Of a DNA stretch of 64,000 nt, positions 45,904 to 56,595 are shown piece by piece (the stretch's first letter is position 1; every line of letters begins with the position of its first letter). The stretch comes from an uncultured Clostridium sp. Lineage in GTDB: Bacteria > Bacillota_I > Bacilli_A > RF39 > UBA660. The stretch is taken from positions 210,348-274,347 of the forward strand of contig CAJJPX010000001.1 of the NCBI GenBank assembly GCA_905193755.1. The letters are read 5' to 3'. Below the pieces are notes generated by a model. That model was not told where the DNA came from. It ran no database searches and saw only the letters and a list, made by a program, of their open reading frames with translations. The position numbers and the translations under genes are program-made.

Positions 45904-48036
45904 TTATTTAGAAAAGTTTTCCATCCATTCACTATAAGATGTAACTTTTTCATAATCACTTAAAAATCTAACCTTCAAATTAACTTGTGATTTATAATAT
46001 TTATCAAATAATTTTTTCTTCTTTTTACATGTTTCTTTATCTAATTTTTCTATTTTATTATCATCATAATATTTTTTACTGTAAGTTTTATTAAAGTAAT
46101 AGAAATTAGATTTATCTTTTACAAGACTTGTAACTATCTTACTTGTCATCTTATGATGTATATGACCATACTCACCTTCTGGATTATGTGTAACTATCTT
46201 ATCCCATTTTTTAAGTTTTATAATATTATTTATATCTCTCTTAATTAAATCATATTCATATTCCCATTCGGATCTCTTACCATCTACTAAATCAGGATAT
46301 CCAAGAGTAATATATTCATCATTAAAGTACTTCATCATACGTTTAAATTCTTTTAGTCTAGTTTCACTAGATCCACAAGTAACACATACTACTACGTAAT
46401 CATCTTTCATAAGTTCAGTACCGCCAAATAGTAAATCATCATCAGGATGTGCTACTATCATAAGATTCTTATAATCATAATTTTCTTTAAATAATAACTT
46501 ATATTTTATATCATTAGCATTTAATGTTTTAACACTTACTTTTGTAATACCAAATCCATAGAAATCTAAGAATCTCATATCCCAAGTACTATTTACAGGA
46601 TTATTTTTCCATATATAGTCATCATATTTTGTCCTCTTAATATATACAGGATTCATATGCAATTCCATTTGTTTCTTAACACTTTCATATCTTTCATTAT
46701 TATCTACATATACAGTATGATATATATGTAAGTAAGATCCTAATACCATCACTAAACAAATAAATAAAACCTTTGTAATATAACCCTTTTTATCAGTAAT
46801 AAGTAAATTATATAATTCACTAGCCATTAATACATATATAACTATTGCTGGCAAACTGCATCTATAACCCACTGGAGTTAAAACTAATAATGGAGCTAAT
46901 ATGACAACTATACTACACATATAAAATATTAATTTATAGCCAATAATTCTATCATAATATTTACTTTTATCAAAGAATATCAATAATGTTATTAATAGTA
47001 ACGATAAACAATATATTGCAGTCATAAAACCAGTAACATAGTGACTACTTCCTATAACTACATTAAAGTTAAATTTATTACCTAATATTAAGAACAAACT
47101 ATAGAATATAATAATAACGTTTAATATTTTAAGACTATTAACTTTCCATTTAACAACTTTATTATTAGCAAGAAATTTACATGTAAGAGCTACCATTAAT
47201 GCACTAACAACAAAATTAATAATTAAGTTACGAGAAAATGAATTAGTTTGTATTTTATTAAAATAATTTCTAGCCATAGTGACTATTATAGATTGTTTAG
47301 TTGTTACAGTTCTATAAAAGTCGTCCCCCTTCACAACATGTAAATATGCTCCATTAGTAAACATAATTATAGAACCTATTACTACACCAGCAAAATATAC
47401 TAAAAAGCTTTTAGGTATCTTTTTATACTTAACATATGAATATATACAAAGAACAACACATAAAGCAAGTAAATAAGTAGTTATATGTTCCATAAATAAT
47501 GTACTACTAACCCCTAGTATAAATAATAATACTAAGTTATACCATTTCTCTTTAAAATTAACTTTCTTAAATACATCTTTTATATATGCTATAAATATTA
47601 AAACTAATAACATATTAAATGTATAATTAATAAATCCACTAGTATTAACTATAGTTTCTCTAAATACAAGTTTATTCATTAAAAATAACATTAACATAGA
47701 AAATATCATAACACCATTACTATTTTTATTAACTATTCTTTTAATTAAATAACCTATACCAAAATAAGTAATAGCCATAAATAAAGATTTAAGAATATTA
47801 CTACGAGTTAATACTATAACAAGTAAATTACCTAAATATCTTCCATTATAATCTTTAAAATGATTTTGTAATTTCTCTATTCCAGCAGAACTTCCCCAAG
47901 ACCAATCATCATTTGAATATGGAAAATAATAAGCTAGAATAAATAAGAATACAAAAATGAAAACATAAAATAAATAAGTTTTCCAATTATTCTTTAAATT
48001 CTTCTTTAATTTTTTCACAATTGTCACCTCACACAC
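45904..48036 (-). CDS. Polytopic membrane protein (GT-C-like) fused to a C-terminal PIG-L/LmbE-family deacetylase domain
   Basis: About 13 hydrophobic segments, then IVAHPDDDLLFGG and EYGHIHH. The start could instead be the GTG at 48018 behind GAGGTG. Confidence 0.8.
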   Translation of the reverse strand: MCEVTIVKKLKKNLKNNWKTYLFYVFIFVFLFILAYYFPYSNDDWSWGSSAGIEKLQNHFKDYNGRYLGNLLVIVLTRSNILKSLFMAITYFGIGYLIKRIVNKNSNGVMIFSMLMLFLMNKLVFRETIVNTSGFINYTFNMLLVLIFIAYIKDVFKKVNFKEKWYNLVLLFILGVSSTLFMEHITTYLLALCVVLCIYSYVKYKKIPKSFLVYFAGVVIGSIIMFTNGAYLHVVKGDDFYRTVTTKQSIIVTMARNYFNKIQTNSFSRNLIINFVVSALMVALTCKFLANNKVVKWKVNSLKILNVIIIFYSLFLILGNKFNFNVVIGSSHYVTGFMTAIYCLSLLLITLLIFFDKSKYYDRIIGYKLIFYMCSIVVILAPLLVLTPVGYRCSLPAIVIYVLMASELYNLLITDKKGYITKVLFICLVMVLGSYLHIYHTVYVDNNERYESVKKQMELHMNPVYIKRTKYDDYIWKNNPVNSTWDMRFLDFYGFGITKVSVKTLNANDIKYKLLFKENYDYKNLMIVAHPDDDLLFGGTELMKDDYVVVCVTCGSSETRLKEFKRMMKYFNDEYITLGYPDLVDGKRSEWEYEYDLIKRDINNIIKLKKWDKIVTHNPEGEYGHIHHKMTSKIVTSLVKDKSNFYYFNKTYSKKYYDDNKIEKLDKETCKKKKKLFDKYYKSQVNLKVRFLSDYEKVTSYSEWMENFSK

Positions 48037-49160
48037 AATTTAACAAATATAATTATATCACTTGTATAACTATTTTCAAATTCTTTTATATATTTTTTTC
48101 TAAATTCATTTAGTTTATTCATATCATAATTATTATTATCAATTTCTTTATATAATTCTTCTAAGTTTAAGCATATTTTACCGGGCATTTCTTTATCATA
48201 TTTTAAATAAAAATCTCTATCATTAACATAATCTTTTTTGTCATATGCATAGAACATCATAGGTTTACCTATAACTGCTACTTCATATATAACTGCCGAA
48301 TAATCACTTATAACTTTATCAGACACAAATACCATCTCATAAGTATTAAAACTTTTATCAAATATAGCTTCTTTATTATCAAAAGTATACTTAGTAAGTG
48401 GATGTAACTTAACTATTAAGTTATATTTCTTATAATCAAAGTTATCAATAAATTCTTTTATATATTCATAATCAGTATTTCCATCTCTAAATGTTGGACA
48501 ATATAATATATTTTTCTTTTTATTTTTAAGTTTAGGATACTTAGTATATATCTTATTACTTACTTTTTTAATATTGTCTTTATCTACCATTAAATCAAGT
48601 CTTGGAAGTGGATATACTCTAAATTTACTTTTATCTTGACCAAATGCTTCACTAAAGAATTTTATACAATATTCACTACTAGCAAATATATAATCATAAT
48701 TATTATGCATATTCATAACAGTAGCTAATTTTTTATTATCAACATGTTTTACTCTTTCATTACTATTATTTATTACACTAAGACCAAACTTCTTAAATGC
48801 ACCCATCGCATGCCACATTTGTATAACAGTTAAATTTTTCTTATGTTTACAATTACTTATAACAATACAATATGAATCAAGTATAACAACTTTACTTGTT
48901 GCTATAAAGTACATTTGTCTAAACATATGAAACACATATTTAATCTTATTAAGAAGACCGGAATCTAATGTCTTACATAAATACACTACATCATATTCTG
49001 GCATCTCTTTATTAATTTCTTTACCAAGTAAAACAAAATCAATATTAATATTATTAGATTGTCTACTTATAAAAGTAATTCTATTTCTAGTTTTAAATAA
49101 CTTAAATATTGAATATATAATATTAAGAATAAATTTAAATATCTTAATTAGTACTATCAT
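48024..49160 (-). CDS. CDP-glycerol/ribitol phosphotransferase (TagB/TagF/TarL family)
   Basis: QMWHAMGAFKKFG, YCPTFRDG, KLHP. Confidence 0.85.
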   Translation of the reverse strand: MIVLIKIFKFILNIIYSIFKLFKTRNRITFISRQSNNINIDFVLLGKEINKEMPEYDVVYLCKTLDSGLLNKIKYVFHMFRQMYFIATSKVVILDSYCIVISNCKHKKNLTVIQMWHAMGAFKKFGLSVINNSNERVKHVDNKKLATVMNMHNNYDYIFASSEYCIKFFSEAFGQDKSKFRVYPLPRLDLMVDKDNIKKVSNKIYTKYPKLKNKKKNILYCPTFRDGNTDYEYIKEFIDNFDYKKYNLIVKLHPLTKYTFDNKEAIFDKSFNTYEMVFVSDKVISDYSAVIYEVAVIGKPMMFYAYDKKDYVNDRDFYLKYDKEMPGKICLNLEELYKEIDNNNYDMNKLNEFRKKYIKEFENSYTSDIIIFVKLCVR

Positions 49161-50307
49161 CTTTTTCCCCTGTTATTAATTTCTTAACTACTCTCTCAGT
49201 ACTCTTTCCATCACAAGCACCACAGAAATAATCAAAAAATTCTTTTAATTTCTTTTTATCTACTTTACCATTTTTAATTGAACTTACAAGTTCCTTATTA
49301 TTTTTTGCTACATCTCCATAAGTATATTTAGAGAATGGATAGTAAAAACCTCTACTACCATCATAATCTTTATAATCAGGTGTATAGAATATAACTGGTT
49401 TATTAAAGAACGAATATTCAAATATAACAGAACTATAATCAGTAATTAATATATCTGTTATAAATAATAAATCATTTATTTCTCTCTCACTACTTAAATC
49501 ATAATAGAAGTCATCATTTTCAAAATCTATATCAGGCATTTCTTTAATAAATGGATGCATCTTTACTAAGAATACATAATCTTTAGAAAAATTCTCTTTT
49601 ATTAAGTCAAAGTCTATAAGACTATAGTCATAATAAGCACTCTTTTGTCCTTGACCTCTAAATGTAGGAGCAAATAATATAACTTTTTTATTTTTAAATT
49701 GAGGATATTTTTTATATAAAGTATTTTTTATATTCTTTTTATATTCTTCACTAAAGAATATATCTGTTCTAGGTACTCCATATGGATGTACTTTCTTTAT
49801 ATCTATACCAAATGCTTCAGCATAATTTCCTCTTATATTTTCAGAACTAACTATTGTATCTGTATAATTCTTATGTGTTAAGCTTGAACTGTTATATCCT
49901 TCCTTACTTTTATTTCTACTATAACCTACTGTTTTAAAAGCACCCATCGCATGCCATACTTGTATTAATTTAGCATTTTCTCTTATCTTTAATGGATAAA
50001 TTAATGGATAAAAATCATCAACAAGTATATATTTAGCTTTAGCTATATCCTTCAATAATAACTTTTTTTCTTTAAAACTTCTTCTAGTTTTTAAAGACTT
50101 TTTCAAATGATTTTTAAGTTTATACTCAGGATTATTTTCTTTTAAATAGTTATATATATATTCAAAATTTCCAGAGATATGATCTCTGGAATCTGATAGG
50201 AATAGTACTAACTTATCATCTAAATCAGTTCTTTTAATATAATAATTATAAATGATTATACAAAATAGTCTCCTCACTCTTTGTAAAAATCCTTTTATAT
50301 ATCTCAT
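49144..50307 (-). CDS. CDP-glycerol/ribitol phosphotransferase (TagF/TarK/TarL family)
   Basis: QVWHAMGAFKTVG, FAPTFRGQG, KMHP. Confidence 0.85.
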   Translation of the reverse strand: MRYIKGFLQRVRRLFCIIIYNYYIKRTDLDDKLVLFLSDSRDHISGNFEYIYNYLKENNPEYKLKNHLKKSLKTRRSFKEKKLLLKDIAKAKYILVDDFYPLIYPLKIRENAKLIQVWHAMGAFKTVGYSRNKSKEGYNSSSLTHKNYTDTIVSSENIRGNYAEAFGIDIKKVHPYGVPRTDIFFSEEYKKNIKNTLYKKYPQFKNKKVILFAPTFRGQGQKSAYYDYSLIDFDLIKENFSKDYVFLVKMHPFIKEMPDIDFENDDFYYDLSSEREINDLLFITDILITDYSSVIFEYSFFNKPVIFYTPDYKDYDGSRGFYYPFSKYTYGDVAKNNKELVSSIKNGKVDKKKLKEFFDYFCGACDGKSTERVVKKLITGEKDDSTN

Positions 50308-50308
50308 A

Positions 50309-51328
50309 TTAAATCTCCCATTTCATTATTGTTTTAAAATTATTATTTAAGTCATTTTGGAAAGCAGAATGTATATCATTAACATTATGTACTTCTACTT
50401 CACTTGATATTATAGTACTTAAGTAGTCAGGTACATCTTCATTTTCTTCAATAAATTTAATTGAAGCATCAAAATCTTCATAACCACTTCTACTATTACC
50501 AAGAATTGATAAACCTTTTTCAAGAATCATTCGTGTATTTAATGGTACATTATTTTCGCTAACACCCATTAATGCAATACTTCCTTGAGGATTTATTATA
50601 TCGATTATTTGGTTAATTGCATATTCAGCTTTAGCTCCACCTACACATTCGAATGCATGATCAACTGTTACACCTTCAGGGATTTCACCAACTTGATATG
50701 TTTCATCAGCAAATTGGAAATAATGAAGTTTTTCATATCTATTACCAAAAACTATTATTTTAGCATTAGGGAATGTTTTCTTAAGAACTAGTGCAGTAAC
50801 AAAACCAACACTTCCATCTCCCCATACACCTATTGTTTGTCTTTTCATATGACTATATCCTTCAAAATGTTCAAGTGCATTCATAGCAACACTTAATAAT
50901 TCTAAAAGAACAGCAATTCTATCCTCAATCTTAGTATATTTAATAATTCTAGTTCTTTCGATATCTACAACACTTTGCATAAATCCATCATAACCACTAG
51001 ATTTAAATAAACTACTTCTTAAATAATTTTCTTTAATAATTGAATCTGTTTCTCTAGGAGTATTTGGTATCATAACAACACTATCTCCAGGCTTAAATTC
51101 ACCTTTAGGATCAAATACTACTTTACCTACACATTCATGTATTAGAGCCATTGGAAGCTTCTTAGCAAGAACTTCTGGTGCTCTCTTTCCTTGATAATAT
51201 CTTTGATCAGCTGCACAAATAGAAAGATAAGATGGTCTTACAAGTACATCATCTATAGGAAGTGGTAAATCTATAAAATCAGTTCTAATTTGTTTAGGAG
51301 AACAAAGTCTATAAGATTGTACTATCAT
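50309..51328 (-). CDS. tarJ: Ribulose-5-phosphate reductase (zinc alcohol dehydrogenase family)
   Basis: MDR/Zn-ADH fold. Translationally coupled directly downstream of tarI. Confidence 0.8.
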   Translation of the reverse strand: MIVQSYRLCSPKQIRTDFIDLPLPIDDVLVRPSYLSICAADQRYYQGKRAPEVLAKKLPMALIHECVGKVVFDPKGEFKPGDSVVMIPNTPRETDSIIKENYLRSSLFKSSGYDGFMQSVVDIERTRIIKYTKIEDRIAVLLELLSVAMNALEHFEGYSHMKRQTIGVWGDGSVGFVTALVLKKTFPNAKIIVFGNRYEKLHYFQFADETYQVGEIPEGVTVDHAFECVGGAKAEYAINQIIDIINPQGSIALMGVSENNVPLNTRMILEKGLSILGNSRSGYEDFDASIKFIEENEDVPDYLSTIISSEVEVHNVNDIHSAFQNDLNNNFKTIMKWEI

Positions 51329-52050
51329 TTTTCATCCTTTCCCATTAAAATAGCACGAGCTATCTTAAGATCATATAATGTTGTTAACTTAATATTGTAA
51401 ACTTCACCATCAACTAAACCAACATTTTCACCCTTTAATGAGAAAATCTTACATCCATCAGTTAATATTTCTTTTTCCTTCTTAGTTAATGAATCAAATA
51501 ATTCCATTAATTTCTTAATATTAAATGTTTGAGGAGTTTGTCCTTGATAACATTCTTTTCTATCAGGAATCTCTGTTATTATTTTTCCATCTTTAGAATA
51601 TACAATTGTATCTGTTGCTGGAATAACTGTATCAACAGCATCATACTTTTTAGCAAGTTTAATATTATCATCAAGTATTCTTTGGTTAACAAATGGTCTA
51701 ACTGCATCATGAGTAACTATAATATCTTTATCAGTCAATCCATATTTTTCTTCAATTAGTTTACAACCATTCATAATAGTTTCATTTCTAGTTGAACCAC
51801 CTGCTGTTACTTCTACCTTTTCAGTATCAATATCATATTTTTGAAGTAAGTCTTCAGCATAACTTACCCATTCTTTAGGACAACAAACTATTATCTTTGA
51901 AAATGATTGGTTAATCAAAAATTGTTCAATAGTATGAATAATAATTGGTCTATCTCCTAACATTAAAAATTGTTTAGGCATTTCAGTATTGCCCATTCTT
52001 GTACCGGAACCACCGGCTAATATTTCACCGTAAATCATTTCTACCTCCAT
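51325..52050 (-). CDS. tarI: Ribitol-5-phosphate cytidylyltransferase (IspD family)
   Basis: ILAGGSGTRMG...PKQF, IspD-like length, and the tarI-tarJ pairing. Confidence 0.85.
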   Translation of the reverse strand: MEVEMIYGEILAGGSGTRMGNTEMPKQFLMLGDRPIIIHTIEQFLINQSFSKIIVCCPKEWVSYAEDLLQKYDIDTEKVEVTAGGSTRNETIMNGCKLIEEKYGLTDKDIIVTHDAVRPFVNQRILDDNIKLAKKYDAVDTVIPATDTIVYSKDGKIITEIPDRKECYQGQTPQTFNIKKLMELFDSLTKKEKEILTDGCKIFSLKGENVGLVDGEVYNIKLTTLYDLKIARAILMGKDEK

Positions 52051-52138
52051 ATTTATAAAATTTATAATTTACATTTCTATGTCTATCCAAATTATAACAC
52101 ATTAAGTAAAATATAAGCAAATATTTACATATACTTTA

Positions 52139-53110
52139 CTATTCCTTATCTATTAAGAATTTAAGCATTTGTTCCTTATCTTTCTTACCTTCAATTATAT
52201 CATGTATTAAATTTATAATTGGCATCTTTACTTTTTTACGTCTTACTAATTTATGTATTGATTTTAATGTATACATTCCTTCTACAGTAGTATTTTTTAA
52301 GTATTCATCGATTTTCTCTTTAGAAGCACCACTACCAATTAAATATCCAAAACTAAAATTTCTTGAATTTTTACTAGTACAAGTCATAAGAATATCTCCA
52401 AAACCGGCAAATGATAATATTGATTTTTTCTTACCACCTAATGCATTAATGAGCTCTTTTATATCATTCATACTTTCTGTTAAGAATAATGCACGTGTTG
52501 AATCTGTTACACCCATACCTTCTAACATACCACTAGCAATAGCCATAACATTCTTAATACTACCACATATCTCTATACCTGTAATATCCCTAGTTCTTCT
52601 AAATTTAGTTGTTGAATTTTCAAAACATTTACGAATTACCATCTCAGTTTTATGACTTTTAGTCGCCATACTAAAGCCAATAGGAGCATCCTTAATCATA
52701 TCAACAGCAAATGTAGGACCAGATATAACAGCAATACTATTCTTTAAGTATTTAGCAAACACATCATTTAAGAATAAACAAGTGTTTTGTTGTATACCTT
52801 TAGTCGCTATCAATACTGGTTGTTTTTTCTTAATACATTTAGATAAAGCAATTGTTACATCTTCAAACGCAAACGCAGGTATTGCCATCACTATTAAGTC
52901 TTTTCCTTCAACTACCTTTTTTAAATCTGTTGAAAACACTAATTCATCAGGTATTTTATAATTATTTAATTTTTTACTAACTTTACTACTCTCTAATTCA
53001 TTTTTTTCATCTTCACTATGAGTCCATACTTCTGTATAAACTTTATTATTTACTAAAATATGTGAAAGCGCTAAACCATAAGCACCAGCACCAAGTACAC
53101 CTACTTTCAT
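52139..53110 (-). CDS. gpsA: NAD(P)H-dependent glycerol-3-phosphate dehydrogenase
   Basis: VLGAGAYGLAL, GSIKNVMAIASG. Confidence 0.9.
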   Translation of the reverse strand: MKVGVLGAGAYGLALSHILVNNKVYTEVWTHSEDEKNELESSKVSKKLNNYKIPDELVFSTDLKKVVEGKDLIVMAIPAFAFEDVTIALSKCIKKKQPVLIATKGIQQNTCLFLNDVFAKYLKNSIAVISGPTFAVDMIKDAPIGFSMATKSHKTEMVIRKCFENSTTKFRRTRDITGIEICGSIKNVMAIASGMLEGMGVTDSTRALFLTESMNDIKELINALGGKKKSILSFAGFGDILMTCTSKNSRNFSFGYLIGSGASKEKIDEYLKNTTVEGMYTLKSIHKLVRRKKVKMPIINLIHDIIEGKKDKEQMLKFLIDKE

Positions 53111-53185
53111 CTATTCACCTCTAAAATCAATTATATCATAGTGACATATGTTTTAAAACATATAAAAAAGTTCAATTACTTGAAC

Positions 53186-53500
53186 TTATAAATTCATCTC
53201 TTTAGTTTTAAAATATTTATATTGAAAGAATGCAAATACTGAAATAGCTATTACTGCAAATGTTATGCTTATCATTCCTGTCTTAGGGTTAACAAGTGGT
53301 GAATTAGTAAATATAACTTTAACAGTAATATCACTATTAGGCATAACAAATTTATTACCACTTACTTTAATAACATTCCCATCTTTATCAGTAACAATTA
53401 TTTTATCAATTCTATATCCTTCACCAGCTTTAGCATCAATTGTTATTTCATCTCCAGCTCTAGCATTATCTAGATTTACATTTACTTCTCCCATTCCTTC
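53186..53500 (-). repeat. 3' block nearly identical to 54846-55160
   Basis: By-eye alignment shows only scattered substitutions over about 315 nt. The N-terminal 33 codons and upstream leader (about 54671-54800 versus 56415-56545) are also duplicated. Confidence 0.85.
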
Positions 53501-54769
53501 AGTTTCTTTACTAATTAAATAATCAATACCATATTTAATAATATTTGCTTGATCTATATAAAAACTAGGTGGTGCCCACGTTTGTAAACTTAATTCAGAT
53601 TTTAATTGTTCTTCTTTTACAATTCCTCCAACATAAACATAATTATTATTTTTATCAATATTCATATTCAAAAAGACATTCTTATCATCATGTTCTAATT
53701 TCCATAAATGATTTAAATTTTCATCATATTTATCTGACTCTAAATAATAGCTATTATATTTATTTATAACTAAATTATTTTCTTTATCAACATACACTTT
53801 TAATGAATTAACATCATCAGTATTAATATCTAATTTTTTACTATCTTTAAGATTTCCAGAATTGTCATATACTTCAAGAGATATAAACTGACTCTCACCA
53901 ACATTAGCAGACAAAGTTATATATTCATCATTTCTAGAAGTAACAAAAATAAAAGTTGACTCTACATTCTTTTCCATACTAATCTTTTTTTCAAAAAGTA
54001 AATTGCCATTAATATCATATTTATATATTTTTTTAAATGATTCACAAACCCTATCATTAGCTGATAAAAGCTTACATTCACTACTTACACCAACTAATAC
54101 TATATTATCATTACCATCTAAATAACTATCATTATAAAACTCACTTCCCTCTTCACCTTCAGTATACTTAAAGATTTTTTCAAGTATTTGATTACCATTT
54201 TTATCAAATAACATAATTTGTCTACTATCATATCCAATCATTAAAAGAATATTTTCATCTTTTGTTATATTAATTGAACTTGTATTATAACTATCATTAT
54301 AATAAGTTTGTTCTATTTCTTTTTTCCATAATACGTTTCCATCTTTATCATATTTTAATAGAAATGAATGATCAAAATAACTATAATTTTTAGCCCATAC
54401 TATAGCACCACCATCACTAGTTTCTCTAACATTAAAGAAACTAGAAACCTCATGATTTATTTTTTCCCATAACACATTTCCATTAGAATCATATTTAACA
54501 ATAATTCCATAATATTTTTTTTCTACTTTTGAAAACTTTTCATCATTTAAAGATTTAGAACTTTTCATATATAAGTCAAAAGCCAAATAAGAATCACTAG
54601 TAGATCCAACTGCATAATGACTAATTCCATCATAAGAATCTGAGGCAGTAAAAACTTCATAGTTATCGCTATCACCCCATGTTTTCTCCCATAATAATTC
54701 TGGTTCTTTAGCGTTAACAAAACCTAAACATAAAAATAAACTGATTATTGTAATAAATATTTTCTTCAT
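53186..54769 (-). CDS. Cell-wall-sorted surface protein (NPKTG signal) with YD.NGN.LWEK repeats and an InlB-B-repeat-like domain
   Basis: Signal peptide. Repeats such as YDSNGNVLWEK and YDKDGNVLWKK. C-terminal NPKTG followed by a hydrophobic segment and KTKEMNL. Confidence 0.8.
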   Translation of the reverse strand: MKKIFITIISLFLCLGFVNAKEPELLWEKTWGDSDNYEVFTASDSYDGISHYAVGSTSDSYLAFDLYMKSSKSLNDEKFSKVEKKYYGIIVKYDSNGNVLWEKINHEVSSFFNVRETSDGGAIVWAKNYSYFDHSFLLKYDKDGNVLWKKEIEQTYYNDSYNTSSINITKDENILLMIGYDSRQIMLFDKNGNQILEKIFKYTEGEEGSEFYNDSYLDGNDNIVLVGVSSECKLLSANDRVCESFKKIYKYDINGNLLFEKKISMEKNVESTFIFVTSRNDEYITLSANVGESQFISLEVYDNSGNLKDSKKLDINTDDVNSLKVYVDKENNLVINKYNSYYLESDKYDENLNHLWKLEHDDKNVFLNMNIDKNNNYVYVGGIVKEEQLKSELSLQTWAPPSFYIDQANIIKYGIDYLISKETEGMGEVNVNLDNARAGDEITIDAKAGEGYRIDKIIVTDKDGNVIKVSGNKFVMPNSDITVKVIFTNSPLVNPKTGMISITFAVIAISVFAFFQYKYFKTKEMNL

Positions 54770-54845
54770 ATATTCACCTACTTTTATATGATATAATTTT
54801 ATAATAATTTAACATTAAAGTAAATAAAAACTCCATAACGGAGTT

Positions 54846-55160
54846 TTATAAATTCATTTCTTTAGTTTTAAAATATTTATATTGAAAGAATGCAAATACT
54901 GAAATAGCTATTACTGCAAATGTTATGCTTATCATTCCTGTCTTAGGGTTAACAAGTGGTGAATTAGTAAATATAACCTTAACAGTAACATCACTATTAG
55001 GCATAACAAACTTATTACCACTTACTTTAATAATATTACCGTCTTTATCAGTAACAATTATTTTATCAATTCTATACCCATCTACAGCTTTAGCATCAAT
55101 TGTTATTTCATCTCCAGCTCTAGCATTATCTAAATTTACATTTACTTCTCCCTTACCTTC
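54846..55160 (-). repeat. 3' block nearly identical to 53186-53500
   Basis: See the partner repeat at 53186-53500. Confidence 0.85.
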
Positions 55161-56513
55161 TACTTCTTTAATTATTGTATACTCAGCAGAATATTTAACA
55201 ATATATGCTTGATCAATATTTATTGAATTATCGATTCCTTCGAATAACGGTTCTTTTAAAGAACTTCCAAATACAGTTTGAAGTCCACCAACAATTATAT
55301 AATTATTATATTTATCAATATTAAAACCCATAAAAACACTATATTCATCAGGTTCTTTAGACCACATCAAATTTAAATCCCTATCATATTTTTTAACAAA
55401 AGTATATAAATTAGATGTATAAAAGTTTACTAAATAATTATCGTTTTTATCAACATGCAATTTTAAAATTCCAATCATGTCATCTTCATCAGTTAAAATC
55501 AAATCTTTTTTACTTTTATAATTTCCATTCTTATCATATATTTCAAAAGATAAATATTTTTTTGTTATTTCTTTATTGCCTTCATCATTAACTGTAAAAT
55601 CATAATTGTATGAAACTATTACATACTCTTTATTTTTATTTTCAGCCACAGACATTAAAGAACTCTCATGACTAGAAGAATTATCAATATCTATTTTCTT
55701 ACTATAAAGTATATTTCCATTTTCATCAAACTTAATTATTTTTTTATAATATTTACTACTAGTATTTCCATCATTATCAGTTGAAGTTTTAGAACCATTA
55801 CCAACACTTATAATATTATAATCACTATCAACATAATTATCATACACATAAACTTCTGCATCACTATTATCAGATTCACTAATTTCTTTAGTCCATAAAA
55901 TATTACTATTTTTATCTAATTTAATTATAAGATTACCAAATGTTAAAATAATATTATCATTTTTAACAAAATCTATTGAATTAACAAATAGTGAAATTTC
56001 ACTAAGTTTATAATTATCTAATGGTATTATTTTCTCCCATAATACATCACCATTAGGATCGTACTTTACTAATATCAATGAAAAAGGCGTTGCATCACCT
56101 GATGTTTGATTATTTTCATTTAAACTCAATCCAAATGCTAAAGCACCACTATCAGAAGTTTCCTTCACCTTCAAGAAAACATATACATTATTATTAACTC
56201 TTTCCCACAATACATTACCATTAGAATCGTATTTAACAATAGTTCCTTTACGAGCTTTATCATTAGATTCTTTTTTAAAAACACTCAAAGAAGACTCATC
56301 AATATTTCTAGAATTTTTCTTATAGTGCAAAGAAGCCTTTGTTCGAAAACCAACAGCATAATGATTAGTTCCATTATAAGAATCTGTTGCATAATAAATT
56401 TCATTAGTAGCATCATCTCCCCAAGTTTTCTCCCATAATAATTCAGGTTCTTTAGCATTAACAAAACCTAAACATAAAAATAAACTGATTATTGTAACAA
56501 ATATTTTCTTCAT
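54846..56513 (-). CDS. Cell-wall-sorted surface protein, paralogue of 53186-54769
   Basis: Same signal peptide, same C-terminal roughly 95 aa and the same NPKTG sorting signal. The centre is divergent. Confidence 0.8.
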   Translation of the reverse strand: MKKIFVTIISLFLCLGFVNAKEPELLWEKTWGDDATNEIYYATDSYNGTNHYAVGFRTKASLHYKKNSRNIDESSLSVFKKESNDKARKGTIVKYDSNGNVLWERVNNNVYVFLKVKETSDSGALAFGLSLNENNQTSGDATPFSLILVKYDPNGDVLWEKIIPLDNYKLSEISLFVNSIDFVKNDNIILTFGNLIIKLDKNSNILWTKEISESDNSDAEVYVYDNYVDSDYNIISVGNGSKTSTDNDGNTSSKYYKKIIKFDENGNILYSKKIDIDNSSSHESSLMSVAENKNKEYVIVSYNYDFTVNDEGNKEITKKYLSFEIYDKNGNYKSKKDLILTDEDDMIGILKLHVDKNDNYLVNFYTSNLYTFVKKYDRDLNLMWSKEPDEYSVFMGFNIDKYNNYIIVGGLQTVFGSSLKEPLFEGIDNSINIDQAYIVKYSAEYTIIKEVEGKGEVNVNLDNARAGDEITIDAKAVDGYRIDKIIVTDKDGNIIKVSGNKFVMPNSDVTVKVIFTNSPLVNPKTGMISITFAVIAISVFAFFQYKYFKTKEMNL

Positions 56514-56595
56514 TTATTCACCTACTTTATTATTCTACGTATATATTATAATAAATTTATTTTAAAGTAAATAAAAATCCACTAGTTCTAGTGAA

